A stretch of DNA of 64,000 nucleotides from Steroidobacteraceae bacterium (GTDB taxonomy: Bacteria > Pseudomonadota > Gammaproteobacteria > Steroidobacterales > Steroidobacteraceae): NCBI GenBank assembly GCA_046347155.1, contig JAXMGT010000001.1, positions 1,050,458 through 1,114,457 of the forward strand, read 5' to 3'. The notes under the pieces are model-generated. The model ran no database searches. It was not told where the DNA came from and worked only from the letters and a program-made list of their open reading frames with translations. The position numbers and the translations under genes were made by a program. This document shows positions 51,679 through 60,847 of this stretch, one piece after another (position 1 is the stretch's first letter; every line of letters starts with the position of its first letter).

Positions 51679-54600
51679 TCACGCCGCGGGCCCGTGGACC
51701 GGCGCCGCCCGCCCGCCCATCAGTTTCTCGACGACGACGAAGAACAGCGGCGTGAAGAGCACGCCGAGCAGCGTGCCCGCGAGCATGCCGCCGAGCACGC
51801 CGGTGCCGATCGCGCGTTGCGCGCCGGAACCTGCGCCGCTCGCGAGCGCGAGCGGCAGCACGCCGAGTCCGAACGCGAGCGAGGTCATCAGGATCGGCCG
51901 GATGCGGATCCGGACGGCCGCCATCGTGGCGTCGATCAGGTCCATGCCGGCCTCGAAGTTGTCCTTCGCGAACGTGATGATCAGGATCGCGTTCTTGCTC
52001 GAGAGGCCCACCGTCGTGAGCATCGCGACCTGGAAGTAGACGTCGCGCTCCATCCCGCGCAGCGTCGCCGCGAGCACCGTGCCCAGGATGCCGAGCGGGA
52101 CGACGAGCAGCACCGCGGTCGGGATGGCCCAGCTCTCGTACATCGCCGCGAGGCACAGGAACACGACGAGCAGCGACAGCGTGTAGAGCATTGGTGTCTG
52201 CGCGCCGGCCTGCCTTTCCTGGTACGACTGCCCGGTCCACTCCATCCCGACGCCGGGCGGAAGCCCGCGCACGATCCGCTCGACCTCGGCCATCGCTGCG
52301 CCCGAGCTCACGCCGGGCGCGGGCTCGCCGTTGATCTCCAGCGACGAGGCGCCGTTGAAACGCTTCAGCTGCGGCGGGCCGTACACCCACTGCCAGGTCG
52401 CGAACGACGGCACGGGCACCATCTCTCCCTTCTCGTTGCGCACCGTCCAGCGGTTGAGGTCCTCGGGCACCATCCGGTACGGCGCGTCGGCCTGCACGTA
52501 GACCCGCTTGACGCGGCCGCGGTCGACGAAGTCGTCGATGTACTGCCCGCCCCAGGCGGTCGCGAGCGTGGCCGCGATGTCGTTGATCGGCACGCCGAGT
52601 GCCGCCGCCTTCCGGGGATCCACGTCGATCCGGAACTGCGGCGCGTCCTCCTGGCCGTTGGGCCGCACGTTGGCGAGCAGCTTGCTCTGCGACGCCGTGC
52701 CGAGGAACTGGTTCCGCGCGGCGACCAGTTCCTCGTGGCCGACGCCGCCTTCGTCCTTCAGGCTGAAAACGAAGCCCTTCGAGTTGCCCAGTTCCGGCAG
52801 CGGGGGCGGCGCGAACGCGAACGCGAACGCGTCCTTGATCTGGCCGAGCGCCATGTACGCGCGCATCGCCACCGCGTCCACGCCCAGTTCCCTCGACTTG
52901 CGCTCGGACCAGTCCTTCAGGTTGATCCAGGCGATGCCGGCATTCTGGCCGCTGCCGGCGAAGCTGAACCCCTGGACGGTGAACACGGACTTCACGGTGT
53001 CCTTCTCGTTCTCCATGAAGTGGCGCTCGACCGCCTCGATCGACTTCATCGTGCGTTCCTGCGTCGCACCGGTCGGCGTGAGCACCTGGGCCATCATCCA
53101 GCCCTGGTCCTCGTTCGGCAGGAACGCGGTCGGCAGCCTGAAGAACAGGAAGCCGGCCAGCGCCGTGACGACCGCGAACGTCGCGAGCCAGCGGCGCCGC
53201 TGGCCGAGCATGCCCCGCACGACCCCCTGGTACCGCGCGCTGCCGCGGTCGAAGCCCCGGTTGAAGCGCGTGAAGAACGCACCCGGCCGCGACTCCTTCT
53301 CGACCGGCTTCAGCATCGTCGCGCACAGCGCCGGGGTCAGCACGATCGCGACCGCCACGGAGAGCGCCATCGCCGAGACGATCGTCGCGGAGAACTGCCG
53401 GTAGATCACGCCGGTCGATCCGCCGAGGAACGCCATCGGCACGAACACGGCGGCCAGCACCAGGCCGACGCCGACCAGCGCGCCGGTGATCTGGTCCATG
53501 GACTTGCGCGTGGCCTCGAGCGGGGAGAGGCCCTCCTCGTGCATGATGCGCTCGACGTTCTCGACGACGACGATCGCGTCGTCGACGAGCAGGCCGATCG
53601 CGAGCACCATCGCGAACATCGTCAGCATGTTGACCGAGTAGCCGAGCGCCGCCAGCACCGCGAACGTACCGAGCAGCACGACGGGCACGGCGATCGTCGG
53701 GATCAGCGTGGCGCGCAGGTTCTGCAGGAACAGGAACATCACGAGGAACACGAGCGCGACGGCCTCGAGCAGCGTCGCGATCACGCCCTTGATCGCCGCG
53801 TCCACGAACGGCGTCGTGTCGAACGGCACGACGGTGCGCAGCCCGGGCGGGAACGTCTTCGACATCTCGGCGAGCTTGGCCTCGACCGACTTCGACGTCG
53901 CGATCGCGTTCGCGCCCGCGGCCAGCGAGATCGCCATGCCGGACGCCGGCTGGCCGTTGAAGCGGCCGATGAAGCTGTAGTTCTCCGCACCGAGTTCGAC
54001 GCGGGCGACGTCGCCGAGCGTCAGCGTCGAGCCGTCGGGGTTGCCGCGCAGCACGATCCCGCGGAACTGCTCTGGCGTCTGCAGTCGGCCCTGCGCGGTG
54101 ATCGGCGCATTGAGCTGCTGGCCCGGTATCGAAGGCGTGCCGCCGAGTTCGCCGATCGCCACCTGCTGGTTCTGCGCCCGGATCGCCGCGATCACGTCGA
54201 CCGGCGTGAGCCGGTAGGCGTCGAGCCGCTCCGGGTCGAGCCAGATGCGCATCGCGTACTGCGTGCCGAAGAACTGAACGTCGCCGACGCCGGGCACTCG
54301 CGCGATCGGGTCGACCAGGTTCGCCGCGACGTAGTCGTCCACGTCGTCCTCGGTGAACTGCGGGTTGTCCGAGACGAACGCGACCACCATCAGGAAGTTG
54401 CTGGTCGACTTGGTGACGCTGACGCCCTGTTCGCGGACCGTCTGCGGCAGCAGCGGCAAGGCCCGCTCGAGCTTGTTCTGCACCTGCACCTGCGCGATGT
54501 CGGGGTCGGTGCCGCTCTCGAACGTGAGCGTCACGCTGGCCCGGCCGCTCGACTCGCTGTCGGCCGACATGTAGATCAGCCCGTCGAGCCCGCGCATGTT

Positions 54601-54801
54601 CTGCTCGACGATCTGCGTCACCGATTCCTCGACCGCGCGGGCGGTCGCGCCCGGGTAGGACGCCGAGACGGTGACCGTGGGCGGGGCGATCGTCGGGTAG
54701 CGCTCGACCGGCAGGCGGGTGATCGAGATGGCGCCCGCGATCATCATGATGATCGCGAGCACCCAGGCGAAGACCGGGCGGTCGATGAAGAAGCGGGCCA
54801 C
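51679..54801 (-). CDS. RND multidrug efflux permease (AcrB/MexB-like)
   Basis: 1040 aa. [20 protein letters not shown] is a canonical AcrB-type N-terminus. Confidence 0.95.
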   Translation of the reverse strand: MARFFIDRPVFAWVLAIIMMIAGAISITRLPVERYPTIAPPTVTVSASYPGATARAVEESVTQIVEQNMRGLDGLIYMSADSESSGRASVTLTFESGTDPDIAQVQVQNKLERALPLLPQTVREQGVSVTKSTSNFLMVVAFVSDNPQFTEDDVDDYVAANLVDPIARVPGVGDVQFFGTQYAMRIWLDPERLDAYRLTPVDVIAAIRAQNQQVAIGELGGTPSIPGQQLNAPITAQGRLQTPEQFRGIVLRGNPDGSTLTLGDVARVELGAENYSFIGRFNGQPASGMAISLAAGANAIATSKSVEAKLAEMSKTFPPGLRTVVPFDTTPFVDAAIKGVIATLLEAVALVFLVMFLFLQNLRATLIPTIAVPVVLLGTFAVLAALGYSVNMLTMFAMVLAIGLLVDDAIVVVENVERIMHEEGLSPLEATRKSMDQITGALVGVGLVLAAVFVPMAFLGGSTGVIYRQFSATIVSAMALSVAVAIVLTPALCATMLKPVEKESRPGAFFTRFNRGFDRGSARYQGVVRGMLGQRRRWLATFAVVTALAGFLFFRLPTAFLPNEDQGWMMAQVLTPTGATQERTMKSIEAVERHFMENEKDTVKSVFTVQGFSFAGSGQNAGIAWINLKDWSERKSRELGVDAVAMRAYMALGQIKDAFAFAFAPPPLPELGNSKGFVFSLKDEGGVGHEELVAARNQFLGTASQSKLLANVRPNGQEDAPQFRIDVDPRKAAALGVPINDIAATLATAWGGQYIDDFVDRGRVKRVYVQADAPYRMVPEDLNRWTVRNEKGEMVPVPSFATWQWVYGPPQLKRFNGASSLEINGEPAPGVSSGAAMAEVERIVRGLPPGVGMEWTGQSYQERQAGAQTPMLYTLSLLVVFLCLAAMYESWAIPTAVLLVVPLGILGTVLAATLRGMERDVYFQVAMLTTVGLSSKNAILIITFAKDNFEAGMDLIDATMAAVRIRIRPILMTSLAFGLGVLPLALASGAGSGAQRAIGTGVLGGMLAGTLLGVLFTPLFFVVVEKLMGGRAAPVHGPAA

Positions 54802-54813
54802 GCGCAGCCCCCT

Positions 54814-55980
54814 TCAGCGACCGGCCGGCGGCGCGGCCGGGGAGGGCGCGGCGGCGCCGGCCTCGGTCGCGGCGACCGGTGCGCCGGGCTGGACCTTCTG
54901 CAGCCCCTCGACGATGACCTTGTCGCCGCCGGCGAGCCCGCTGTCGACGAGCCAGCGGTCGCCGATCGTCCGGCTCACGGTCACCTGGCGCAGCTCGACC
55001 TTGCCGTCGGCGCCGACCACGAGCGCAGTCGCGTTGCCGCGCGGGTCGCGCGCGATGGCCTGCTGCGGCGCCAGGATCGCGTCCGGGCGCACGCCGCTGC
55101 CGACGCGCGCGCGCACGTACATGCCGGGCAGCAGCGCGCGCTCGGGGTTCGGCACCTTGACGCGCAGCAGGGAGCTGCCCGTGCCGGGGTCGACGCTCAC
55201 GTCCGCGAACTCGAGCGTGCCGTCGTGCGGGTAGCGGCTGCCGTCTTCGAGGTAGATCTCGACCGGCAGGCTCGCGGCCTCGCCCTGGGCCTGGCCGGCG
55301 AGGTCCCGGCGCAGCTGCAGCAGTTCCGCGCTCGACTGCTGAACGTCCACGTACATCGGGTCGAGCTGCTGGACCGTCGCGAGCGGTTCGTCCTGCGCGG
55401 CCTTGACGAGCGCGCCGGGCGTGACCGCCGACTTGCCGATGCGTCCCGCGATCGGCGAGGTGATCCGCGCGTGCGCGAGCTGCACGGCGGCCGAGTCGAG
55501 TGCGGCCCGTGTCGAGGCCACGTCGGCGCGCGCCTGCAGCAGCGCGGCCTGTGCGTCGTCGTTGTCCTGGGTGCTCACGACCCCGGTCTTCGCGAGGCGC
55601 GCGTAGCGCTCGGCCCGCAGCCGGGCCACCTCGACCGAGGCCTCGGCCCGCTCGAGGTTCGCCTTTGCGACGCCGTAGTCGGCGCGGTACGTCGCGTCGT
55701 CGAGCTGGTACAGGGGCTGGCCGGCCTTCACCTCGCTGCCTTCGCGGAAGAGGCGTTCCTTCACGATACCGGTCACCTGCGGCCGGACGTCGGCGACGAG
55801 CCAGGCGCTCGTGCGGCCCGGCAGGTCCCGCGCCAGCGTGACCGGCGCGGCGGCCAGCGTGACGACGGTGACCGGGACCGGACCGCCGGGCGGGGGGCCG
55901 CCGGCCGGACCACCGCAGGCGGCGACGGCAACGGCAATGGACACGGACAGCAAGGCTGCGCGGTTCGGGCGCACGTGCAT
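54814..55980 (-). CDS. RND efflux periplasmic adaptor (MFP) lipoprotein
   Basis: 388 aa from MHVRPN, with lipobox VAAC, ITSPIAGRIG and a coiled-coil hairpin. Confidence 0.9.
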   Translation of the reverse strand: MHVRPNRAALLSVSIAVAVAACGGPAGGPPPGGPVPVTVVTLAAAPVTLARDLPGRTSAWLVADVRPQVTGIVKERLFREGSEVKAGQPLYQLDDATYRADYGVAKANLERAEASVEVARLRAERYARLAKTGVVSTQDNDDAQAALLQARADVASTRAALDSAAVQLAHARITSPIAGRIGKSAVTPGALVKAAQDEPLATVQQLDPMYVDVQQSSAELLQLRRDLAGQAQGEAASLPVEIYLEDGSRYPHDGTLEFADVSVDPGTGSSLLRVKVPNPERALLPGMYVRARVGSGVRPDAILAPQQAIARDPRGNATALVVGADGKVELRQVTVSRTIGDRWLVDSGLAGGDKVIVEGLQKVQPGAPVAATEAGAAAPSPAAPPAGR

Positions 55981-56094
55981 CGGAATCCTCGATTGCCACG
56001 GCCGGACGGGTGGTGTCGGGCGCCGGGCCGCTGGCGGTGTGGAAACTGGTATGCGAATCGTTGACGGCGCGGGCTCGCATGTCAATCGTCCCGG

Positions 56095-57327
56095 TTGCCG
56101 CCCGCCGGGCACCCGCGCGATCATCGGCGCTCACTCAGGACGCCGGACGGCACCCACATCGACAGGAACGCGACATTTTCCGCCGGGACGGCGGCGCTGG
56201 CGGCCGGCGACCCGCGCGCGGCGCGAGCGCACTTCGAGTCGATCGTTGCGGCCGGACTGGGCGACGCGCCGGTATTCGTGGGCATCGCGCTCGCGGCCCA
56301 GCGCCAGGGCGACGTCCAGGCCGTCGACGCTGCTGTTGCGCGCGCGCTGGAACTCGACCCGCGCAACCTGCAGGCACTGCTGATGCGGGGAGACCGCTAT
56401 GTCGCTACCGGCGACAATCGCGCGGCGGCTGCGTTCTACGGCGTCGCGATCGGCATCGGCGCTCAGAGTCGCAATCTCGCGCCGGCGCTCGCCACGGCGC
56501 TGCAACGCGCGGCCGAGGCCCGGGACCGCATCAATGCCGGCGTGGTGCGCGCGCTCGACGAGCGACTGGCAGGGGCCGGCTACACGCCCGGGCGGTCCAG
56601 CCCGAGGTTTGCGCAGTCGCTCGACCTGCTGCTCGGCCGCCGGCGAATCTATTACCAGCAGCCGCGCGCGTACTACTTTCCCGAACTGCCGCAGGTGCAG
56701 TTTTATCCGCGCGAGCGGTTCCCGTGGCTCGCCGAGCTCGAGGCGGCCACGGACGACATCTGCGCGGAACTGTCGGCCGTCATGGGACGCCGGGACGGTT
56801 TCGAACCCTACCTGCGCTCGACGCCGGGCACGCCGGCCACCGGAGACACCAGGCTGGTGGACAACCTGGACTGGAGCGCGTTCTTTTTCTACCGCAACGG
56901 GGAGATCGTTGCCGAGAACGCCGCCCGCTGTCCGAGGACGATGGCGGCGATCGAGCGGCTGCCTCTGCCCCGCGTCAGCGGCCGCGACCCGATGGCGCTT
57001 TTCTCGGTCCTGAGGCCGGGGACCCACATTCCGCCCCACAACGGTTTCCTGAACACGAGGCTGATCTGCCATCTCCCGCTCGTCGTGCCTCCGGGTTGCC
57101 GCTTCCGGGTCGGCAACGAGGAGCGGGAGTGGAAGAAGGGCGAGGCCTGGGTGTTCGACGATTCGATCGAGCACGAAGCCTGGAACCGGGGGAAGGAGAC
57201 GCGCGTCATCCTGCTGGTGGACATCTGGCGCCCGGAACTGTCCGCCGAGGAATGCGGGCTCGTCGCCACGCTGCTCGAATCGATGGACGCAATCGGGGGG
57301 ATGTCGAAGGCCGAGTGGTCTGCCTGA
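56095..57327 (+). CDS. TPR plus aspartyl/asparaginyl beta-hydroxylase (2OG-Fe(II) cupin) domain protein
   Basis: The C-terminal half has the hydroxylase pattern (HIPPHNG ... W..GE.W.FDDS.EHEAWN). The N-terminal half has TPR-like repeats. The TTG start is uncertain. Confidence 0.75.
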   Translation: MPPAGHPRDHRRSLRTPDGTHIDRNATFSAGTAALAAGDPRAARAHFESIVAAGLGDAPVFVGIALAAQRQGDVQAVDAAVARALELDPRNLQALLMRGDRYVATGDNRAAAAFYGVAIGIGAQSRNLAPALATALQRAAEARDRINAGVVRALDERLAGAGYTPGRSSPRFAQSLDLLLGRRRIYYQQPRAYYFPELPQVQFYPRERFPWLAELEAATDDICAELSAVMGRRDGFEPYLRSTPGTPATGDTRLVDNLDWSAFFFYRNGEIVAENAARCPRTMAAIERLPLPRVSGRDPMALFSVLRPGTHIPPHNGFLNTRLICHLPLVVPPGCRFRVGNEEREWKKGEAWVFDDSIEHEAWNRGKETRVILLVDIWRPELSAEECGLVATLLESMDAIGGMSKAEWSA

Positions 57328-57446
57328 CATACCGGATTGGTTCGAGGGGCGCTATGATCGGCGCCGTCGCGGTTGCGCCCGTCCCCCCGTGCGTTCTGCG
57401 TCCGACCCTTACTCCCAACGTTCTCACAGGATTAGAGGACCCTCCG

Positions 57447-57734
57447 ATGTCGATGAAGCTTCCATTGATTGCGCTGCTCCCGCTGGCGCTCGGCGCCGGC
57501 GCGGCGTCTGCGCAGGAGTACCCGCTGCTCGACAAGGTCGCCAACAAGGTGATCGAGAAGTACCAGACCTCGAGCTGCGAGCAGCTCTTCGAACAGAAGA
57601 GCCAGCCGAAGTCGGCCGAGGAACAGAAGTTCGTCCAGCTGCTGCAGAGCGACCCGCAGCTGCAGCAGGCGTTCTTCGCCAAGGTCGCCGCGCCGATCGC
57701 GACGAAGCTCTTCTCGTGCGGGTTGCTGCCATGA
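57447..57734 (+). CDS. Small secreted protein (95 aa), unknown function
   Basis: Signal peptide ending ASAQE, two Cys, Gln/Lys-rich. AGAGGA SD. Its stop overlaps the next start (ATGA). Confidence 0.55.
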   Translation: MSMKLPLIALLPLALGAGAASAQEYPLLDKVANKVIEKYQTSSCEQLFEQKSQPKSAEEQKFVQLLQSDPQLQQAFFAKVAAPIATKLFSCGLLP

Positions 57735-58543
57735 GTCGCGCCGTCACGACGATCGCCGCGACCGTGGTCGCGGGCGCCGCGCTGCTGTCCGGCGCCCCGG
57801 TGGCGTTCGCGGCTGCGGCCGCCCCGGCGGCCTCCGGCAACCTGGCCCCGGCCATCGAGGTCGAACCGCGTGCGCTCAGCATCCTGAAGGGCGCGAGCGA
57901 CCGGCTCGCCTCGGCGAAGACGCTGTCGTTCAAGGCAGTGACGACCGAGGAGAGCCCGAGCCGGCTCGGCCCGCCGCTCACGTATTTCTCGGAGCAGCAG
58001 GTAACGCTGCGGCGCCCGGATGCGCTCCGGGTGATCACGAACGTGGACGGCCCGCAGAGCGAGTTCTACTACGACGGCAAGACCGTCACGGCCTACGCGC
58101 CGAAGGAGGACATGGTGGCGACGGCTCCGGCCCCGGCCACCATCGACGCGATGCTCGACGGCGTGTTCAAGCAGGCGCAGATCTACTTCCCGTACACGGA
58201 CATGATCGTCTCCGACCCCTACAAGGGCCTGAGCGACGGGCTGCGCGTAGCCTTCTACATCGGTACGACGGACGCCGTCGGCGGCGTGCAGACCTACATC
58301 GTCGCCTACGCGAACGACAACGCGTTCGTGCAGGCCTGGATCGGCGTGAAGGACCGGCTGCCGCGCAGGCTGCAGGCGGTGTTTCGCCAGGATCCGAAGA
58401 TGCTGCGCCATTCGGTCGACCTGAGCGACTGGAAGGTCGATGCGCCGGTGCTGCCGGGCACGTTCGACCCGCCGGCCAAGGCGAAGAAGGCGCTGCCCAT
58501 CAAGTTCGGCGCTCCGCAGGCGCCTGCCGCTGCGAAGCAGTGA
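57731..58543 (+). CDS. Periplasmic LolA-fold-like protein (DUF2092-like)
   Basis: 270 aa with a signal peptide. Pattern L......L...K.LSF....T.E....... with a YYDGKT.T core. Confidence 0.65.
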   Translation: MSRAVTTIAATVVAGAALLSGAPVAFAAAAAPAASGNLAPAIEVEPRALSILKGASDRLASAKTLSFKAVTTEESPSRLGPPLTYFSEQQVTLRRPDALRVITNVDGPQSEFYYDGKTVTAYAPKEDMVATAPAPATIDAMLDGVFKQAQIYFPYTDMIVSDPYKGLSDGLRVAFYIGTTDAVGGVQTYIVAYANDNAFVQAWIGVKDRLPRRLQAVFRQDPKMLRHSVDLSDWKVDAPVLPGTFDPPAKAKKALPIKFGAPQAPAAAKQ

Positions 58544-58557
58544 CGGAGGATTTCGAG

Positions 58558-59277
58558 ATGAGAACCCTGATCATGACGGCGACGGCGGCCCTGGTGGTCG
58601 CGGCGGCCCCGCAGCTGGCCTCGGCCTATTCGCACGCGAACCGTTTCGGCGGCAGCACGGAGCACGAGGCGGGCGTGGGCACCGAGCACACGAACGCCTA
58701 CGGCGGCAACAGCGCGCACGCCTGGGGCGGCGGCAGCGAGCACACGAACATGTACGGCGGCCACACCGAGGGTGAAGCCGGTTATGGCGCCGAGCACACG
58801 AACGTGGACGGAGGCACGACGGCCGGTGCGTACGGCGAAGGCGCATACCACACGACGCCGTACGGAGCCACGGGCTACGTGCCCCCGGCGGGCGAAGCCT
58901 ATGCCTACCACCCGCCGACCGAGGTGAACTACTACGGCAGTGGCTGCTACAACTGCGGTGGCTGGGACGCTGCGGGAGCGGCAGTCGCCGGGGCAGTGGT
59001 CGGCGGCGCCGTGACGGCGGCGGTCGTGTCGTCCGACAACGCCGCTGCGTCGGCGAACGCCTACAACGCCGGCGTCGCGACGGGCGTGGCCGATGCGAAC
59101 GCGGCCAATGCCGCGGCTGCGGGTGGCTACACGATGGGTGCGCTGTACCCGACGCTGCCGGCCGGGTGCGCGAAGCCGACCGTGCAGGGCACGACCTACT
59201 ACCTCTGCGGCAACACGTGGTTCCAGCCCACCTACGGCGCGAACGGCGTGTTCTACAAGGTGGTGCCGACGCCTTGA
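58558..59277 (+). CDS. Secreted His/Gly-rich repeat protein with a Cys-containing C-terminal domain
   Basis: 239 aa. GGAGGA SD 7 nt upstream, signal peptide (..LASA/YS), three 18-aa EHTN.(Y/D)GG repeats, a Gly/Ala-rich hydrophobic stretch, and a C-terminal YYLCGNTWFQPTYGANGVFYKVVPTP. Confidence 0.65.
   Translation: MRTLIMTATAALVVAAAPQLASAYSHANRFGGSTEHEAGVGTEHTNAYGGNSAHAWGGGSEHTNMYGGHTEGEAGYGAEHTNVDGGTTAGAYGEGAYHTTPYGATGYVPPAGEAYAYHPPTEVNYYGSGCYNCGGWDAAGAAVAGAVVGGAVTAAVVSSDNAAASANAYNAGVATGVADANAANAAAAGGYTMGALYPTLPAGCAKPTVQGTTYYLCGNTWFQPTYGANGVFYKVVPTP
58660..58845 (+). repeat. In-frame tandem 54-nt (18-aa) coding repeats
   Basis: GAGCACACGAAC recurs at 58684, 58738 and 58792 (period exactly 54 nt), preceded by a partial unit at 58660. 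Confidence 0.8.
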
Positions 59278-59427
59278 GCCGGAGACCGCGTTCCCGGTGC
59301 CCGCGGCCGGGGACGTGGATTGTTCGGAATCCCAGAACAGAGTATCTGGAAAAGTTCCGTTTATCTGACCAATGTTCGAGCCCATCGTTGGCCCCGCGTA
59401 CCGAGGGTACGCATGGAGGATCCAACG

Positions 59428-59547
59428 ATGAACACCTGCAATTCCGACCGTACGCTCAGCAAGCTGCTGGCGGGCCTCGCGATCACCGTGACGTTCGTGT
59501 TCGCGGCCATCGCCCACACCGTGGTCGCCGCCCAGCCGTTCGTCTGA
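59428..59547 (+). CDS. Candidate small hydrophobic peptide (39 aa)
   Basis: GGAGGA SD 8 nt upstream of the ATG. Single TM-like segment LLAGLAITVTFVFAAIAHTVVAA. Followed by a strong hairpin. Confidence 0.35.
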   Translation: MNTCNSDRTLSKLLAGLAITVTFVFAAIAHTVVAAQPFV

Positions 59548-59564
59548 TCCACATCGACCCGGAC

Positions 59565-59588
59565 CCGGTCGGCCGTACGGCCGACCGG
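59565..59588. terminator. Perfect 24-nt palindrome / hairpin
   Basis: CCGGTCGGCCG-TA-CGGCCGACCGG, 18 nt after the small ORF stop. No U-tract. Confidence 0.4.
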
Positions 59589-59608
59589 CCGGTGCCCGCC
59601 GGCGCCCG

Positions 59609-60709
59609 ATGAGCGGGGCGCGCCCCAGGCCGAGCGGTTGCGTCGAGGCCTGCCGGGGCTGCCGGCACCGCGACCTCGACGATGTCGCGAGCCTCGCCCA
59701 GAAAGCCGCCTACCTCGCCCGCGTGCTCGCACCCTGGCGCGATTCGATCGAGCCGATCCGCGCGGCGGCCCGTCGCCTCGGCTACCGCGACCGGGTGACC
59801 CTGACGGCGCAGGCCGACCCGTCGGGGCGCTGGCAGTTCGGCCTGATGCGCCGCGACGAACTGATCCCGATCCCCGATTGTCCGGTCCACGCCGAGCGCG
59901 TACGCCGCCTCGTGCATCTGCTCGTCGAACGACTGCCCGGCCCGCGCCAGCTGCCGCTTGCGTACCTGCACGTCGCGGGTCCGCAGGCGACGCTCATCGT
60001 CAAGGCACGCGAGGTCGCGCTCGACGTGGATGCGGGATTCGCGTCGGCGCTCGAGCAGGCGGGCATCGAGGGTTTGTGGGTGCACGGCCATCCCGCCGCG
60101 GGCCGGCGCCTGTTTGCGCGCAGCGGCTGGCGGCTCGCGTGGGGGCACGGGGAGTCCCGGGACGCGCACGGGCTCGTGCACGGACCGACGGCGTTCCTGC
60201 AGGCGACGCCCGACCTGCACCGGGCCTCGCTCGAGGCGGCATGCGCGTACCTCCGTCCGGGCCCGGGGGTCGCCGTGCTCGACCTCTATTGCGGCCTCGG
60301 TGCGGGACTGCGCACGTGGTCGGCCGCCGGAAGTCCTGCGCTCGGCGTCGAACTGTCGGGCGAAGCGGTCGTCTGCGCCGTGCGGAACGCGCCGTCCGCG
60401 CGACTGCTGCGCGGCACGTGTGCGCAGCGACTCCCACAGGTGCGCGACTGGTGGGCCGAACACGGGCCGTACGTCCGCGTCGCCTACGTGAACCCGCCGC
60501 GCAGCGGACTCGAGCCCGAAGTGCTCGCCGTGCTTGCCGACGAACTACGGCCCGAGCGCCTCGCCTACCTTTCCTGCAGCGCGGGTACGCTCGCCCGCGA
60601 TCTCGCCCGGGCCGAGGCGGCGGGCTACCGGGTGGATGCGATCCAGCCCTGGGACTTCTTCCCGAACACCCATCACGTCGAGGCGCTCGCGCTCGTGCGC
60701 CGCGCCTGA
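59609..60709 (+). CDS. SAM-dependent RNA (uracil-5-)-methyltransferase, RlmC/TrmA family
   Basis: 366 aa with an N-terminal Cys cluster (CVEACRGC ... DCPVH) like the Fe-S site of RumA/RumB-type enzymes. LDLYCGLG motif I, VNPPRSG, and the catalytic YLSCSAGTLARD. Confidence 0.85.
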   Translation: MSGARPRPSGCVEACRGCRHRDLDDVASLAQKAAYLARVLAPWRDSIEPIRAAARRLGYRDRVTLTAQADPSGRWQFGLMRRDELIPIPDCPVHAERVRRLVHLLVERLPGPRQLPLAYLHVAGPQATLIVKAREVALDVDAGFASALEQAGIEGLWVHGHPAAGRRLFARSGWRLAWGHGESRDAHGLVHGPTAFLQATPDLHRASLEAACAYLRPGPGVAVLDLYCGLGAGLRTWSAAGSPALGVELSGEAVVCAVRNAPSARLLRGTCAQRLPQVRDWWAEHGPYVRVAYVNPPRSGLEPEVLAVLADELRPERLAYLSCSAGTLARDLARAEAAGYRVDAIQPWDFFPNTHHVEALALVRRA

Positions 60710-60799
60710 CGGATTTCTCGTCGGCGCTTTTTACATATCACAGCGCCTTTGGGTCCGGCGCGCGGGCAAGTAATTGAATTTCATGATCTTGCGCTCGTG

Positions 60800-60815
60800 T
60801 GGCCTGGAACTTGCA
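60800..60815 (+). promoter_or_regulatory. Candidate sigma54 (RpoN) -24/-12 promoter
   Basis: TGGCCT-GGAAC-TTGCA matches TGGCAC-N5-TTGCW with exact spacing. It lies 33 nt upstream of the ATG at 60848, downstream of a low-GC stretch. Confidence 0.45.
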
Positions 60816-60847
60816 CTGAAATCGGGCAGGCCTATTGGGAACGAGAC

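Noticed and set aside
55975-56000. Minus-strand sigma54-like TGGCAA-N5-GATTCC next to the MFP start
   Set aside because: The -12 element is displaced by 2 nt and lacks the GC doublet. The element also abuts the ATG, leaving no room for a transcript leader.
56040-56054. Plus-strand sigma54-like TGGAAA-N5-ATGCG upstream of the beta-hydroxylase gene
   Set aside because: The GG/GC spacing is correct, but the flanking consensus is weak and the gene start itself (TTG) is uncertain. It is too speculative to list as a feature.
51634-56134. Two giant ORFs (1476 aa on + and 1495 aa on -) spanning the second RND locus
   Set aside because: They are alternate-frame or antisense to clear AcrB-like and MFP genes. 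They are extremely Arg/Gly/Ala/Pro/Asp-rich with no recognisable motifs. This is the classic stop-codon-poor artefact of about 70% GC DNA.
58660-58845. CRISPR-like periodic repeat
   Set aside because: The period is 54 nt, it is in frame inside a coding sequence, it has only three units, the 'spacers' are also similar to each other, and no cas genes are present. It is a protein repeat.
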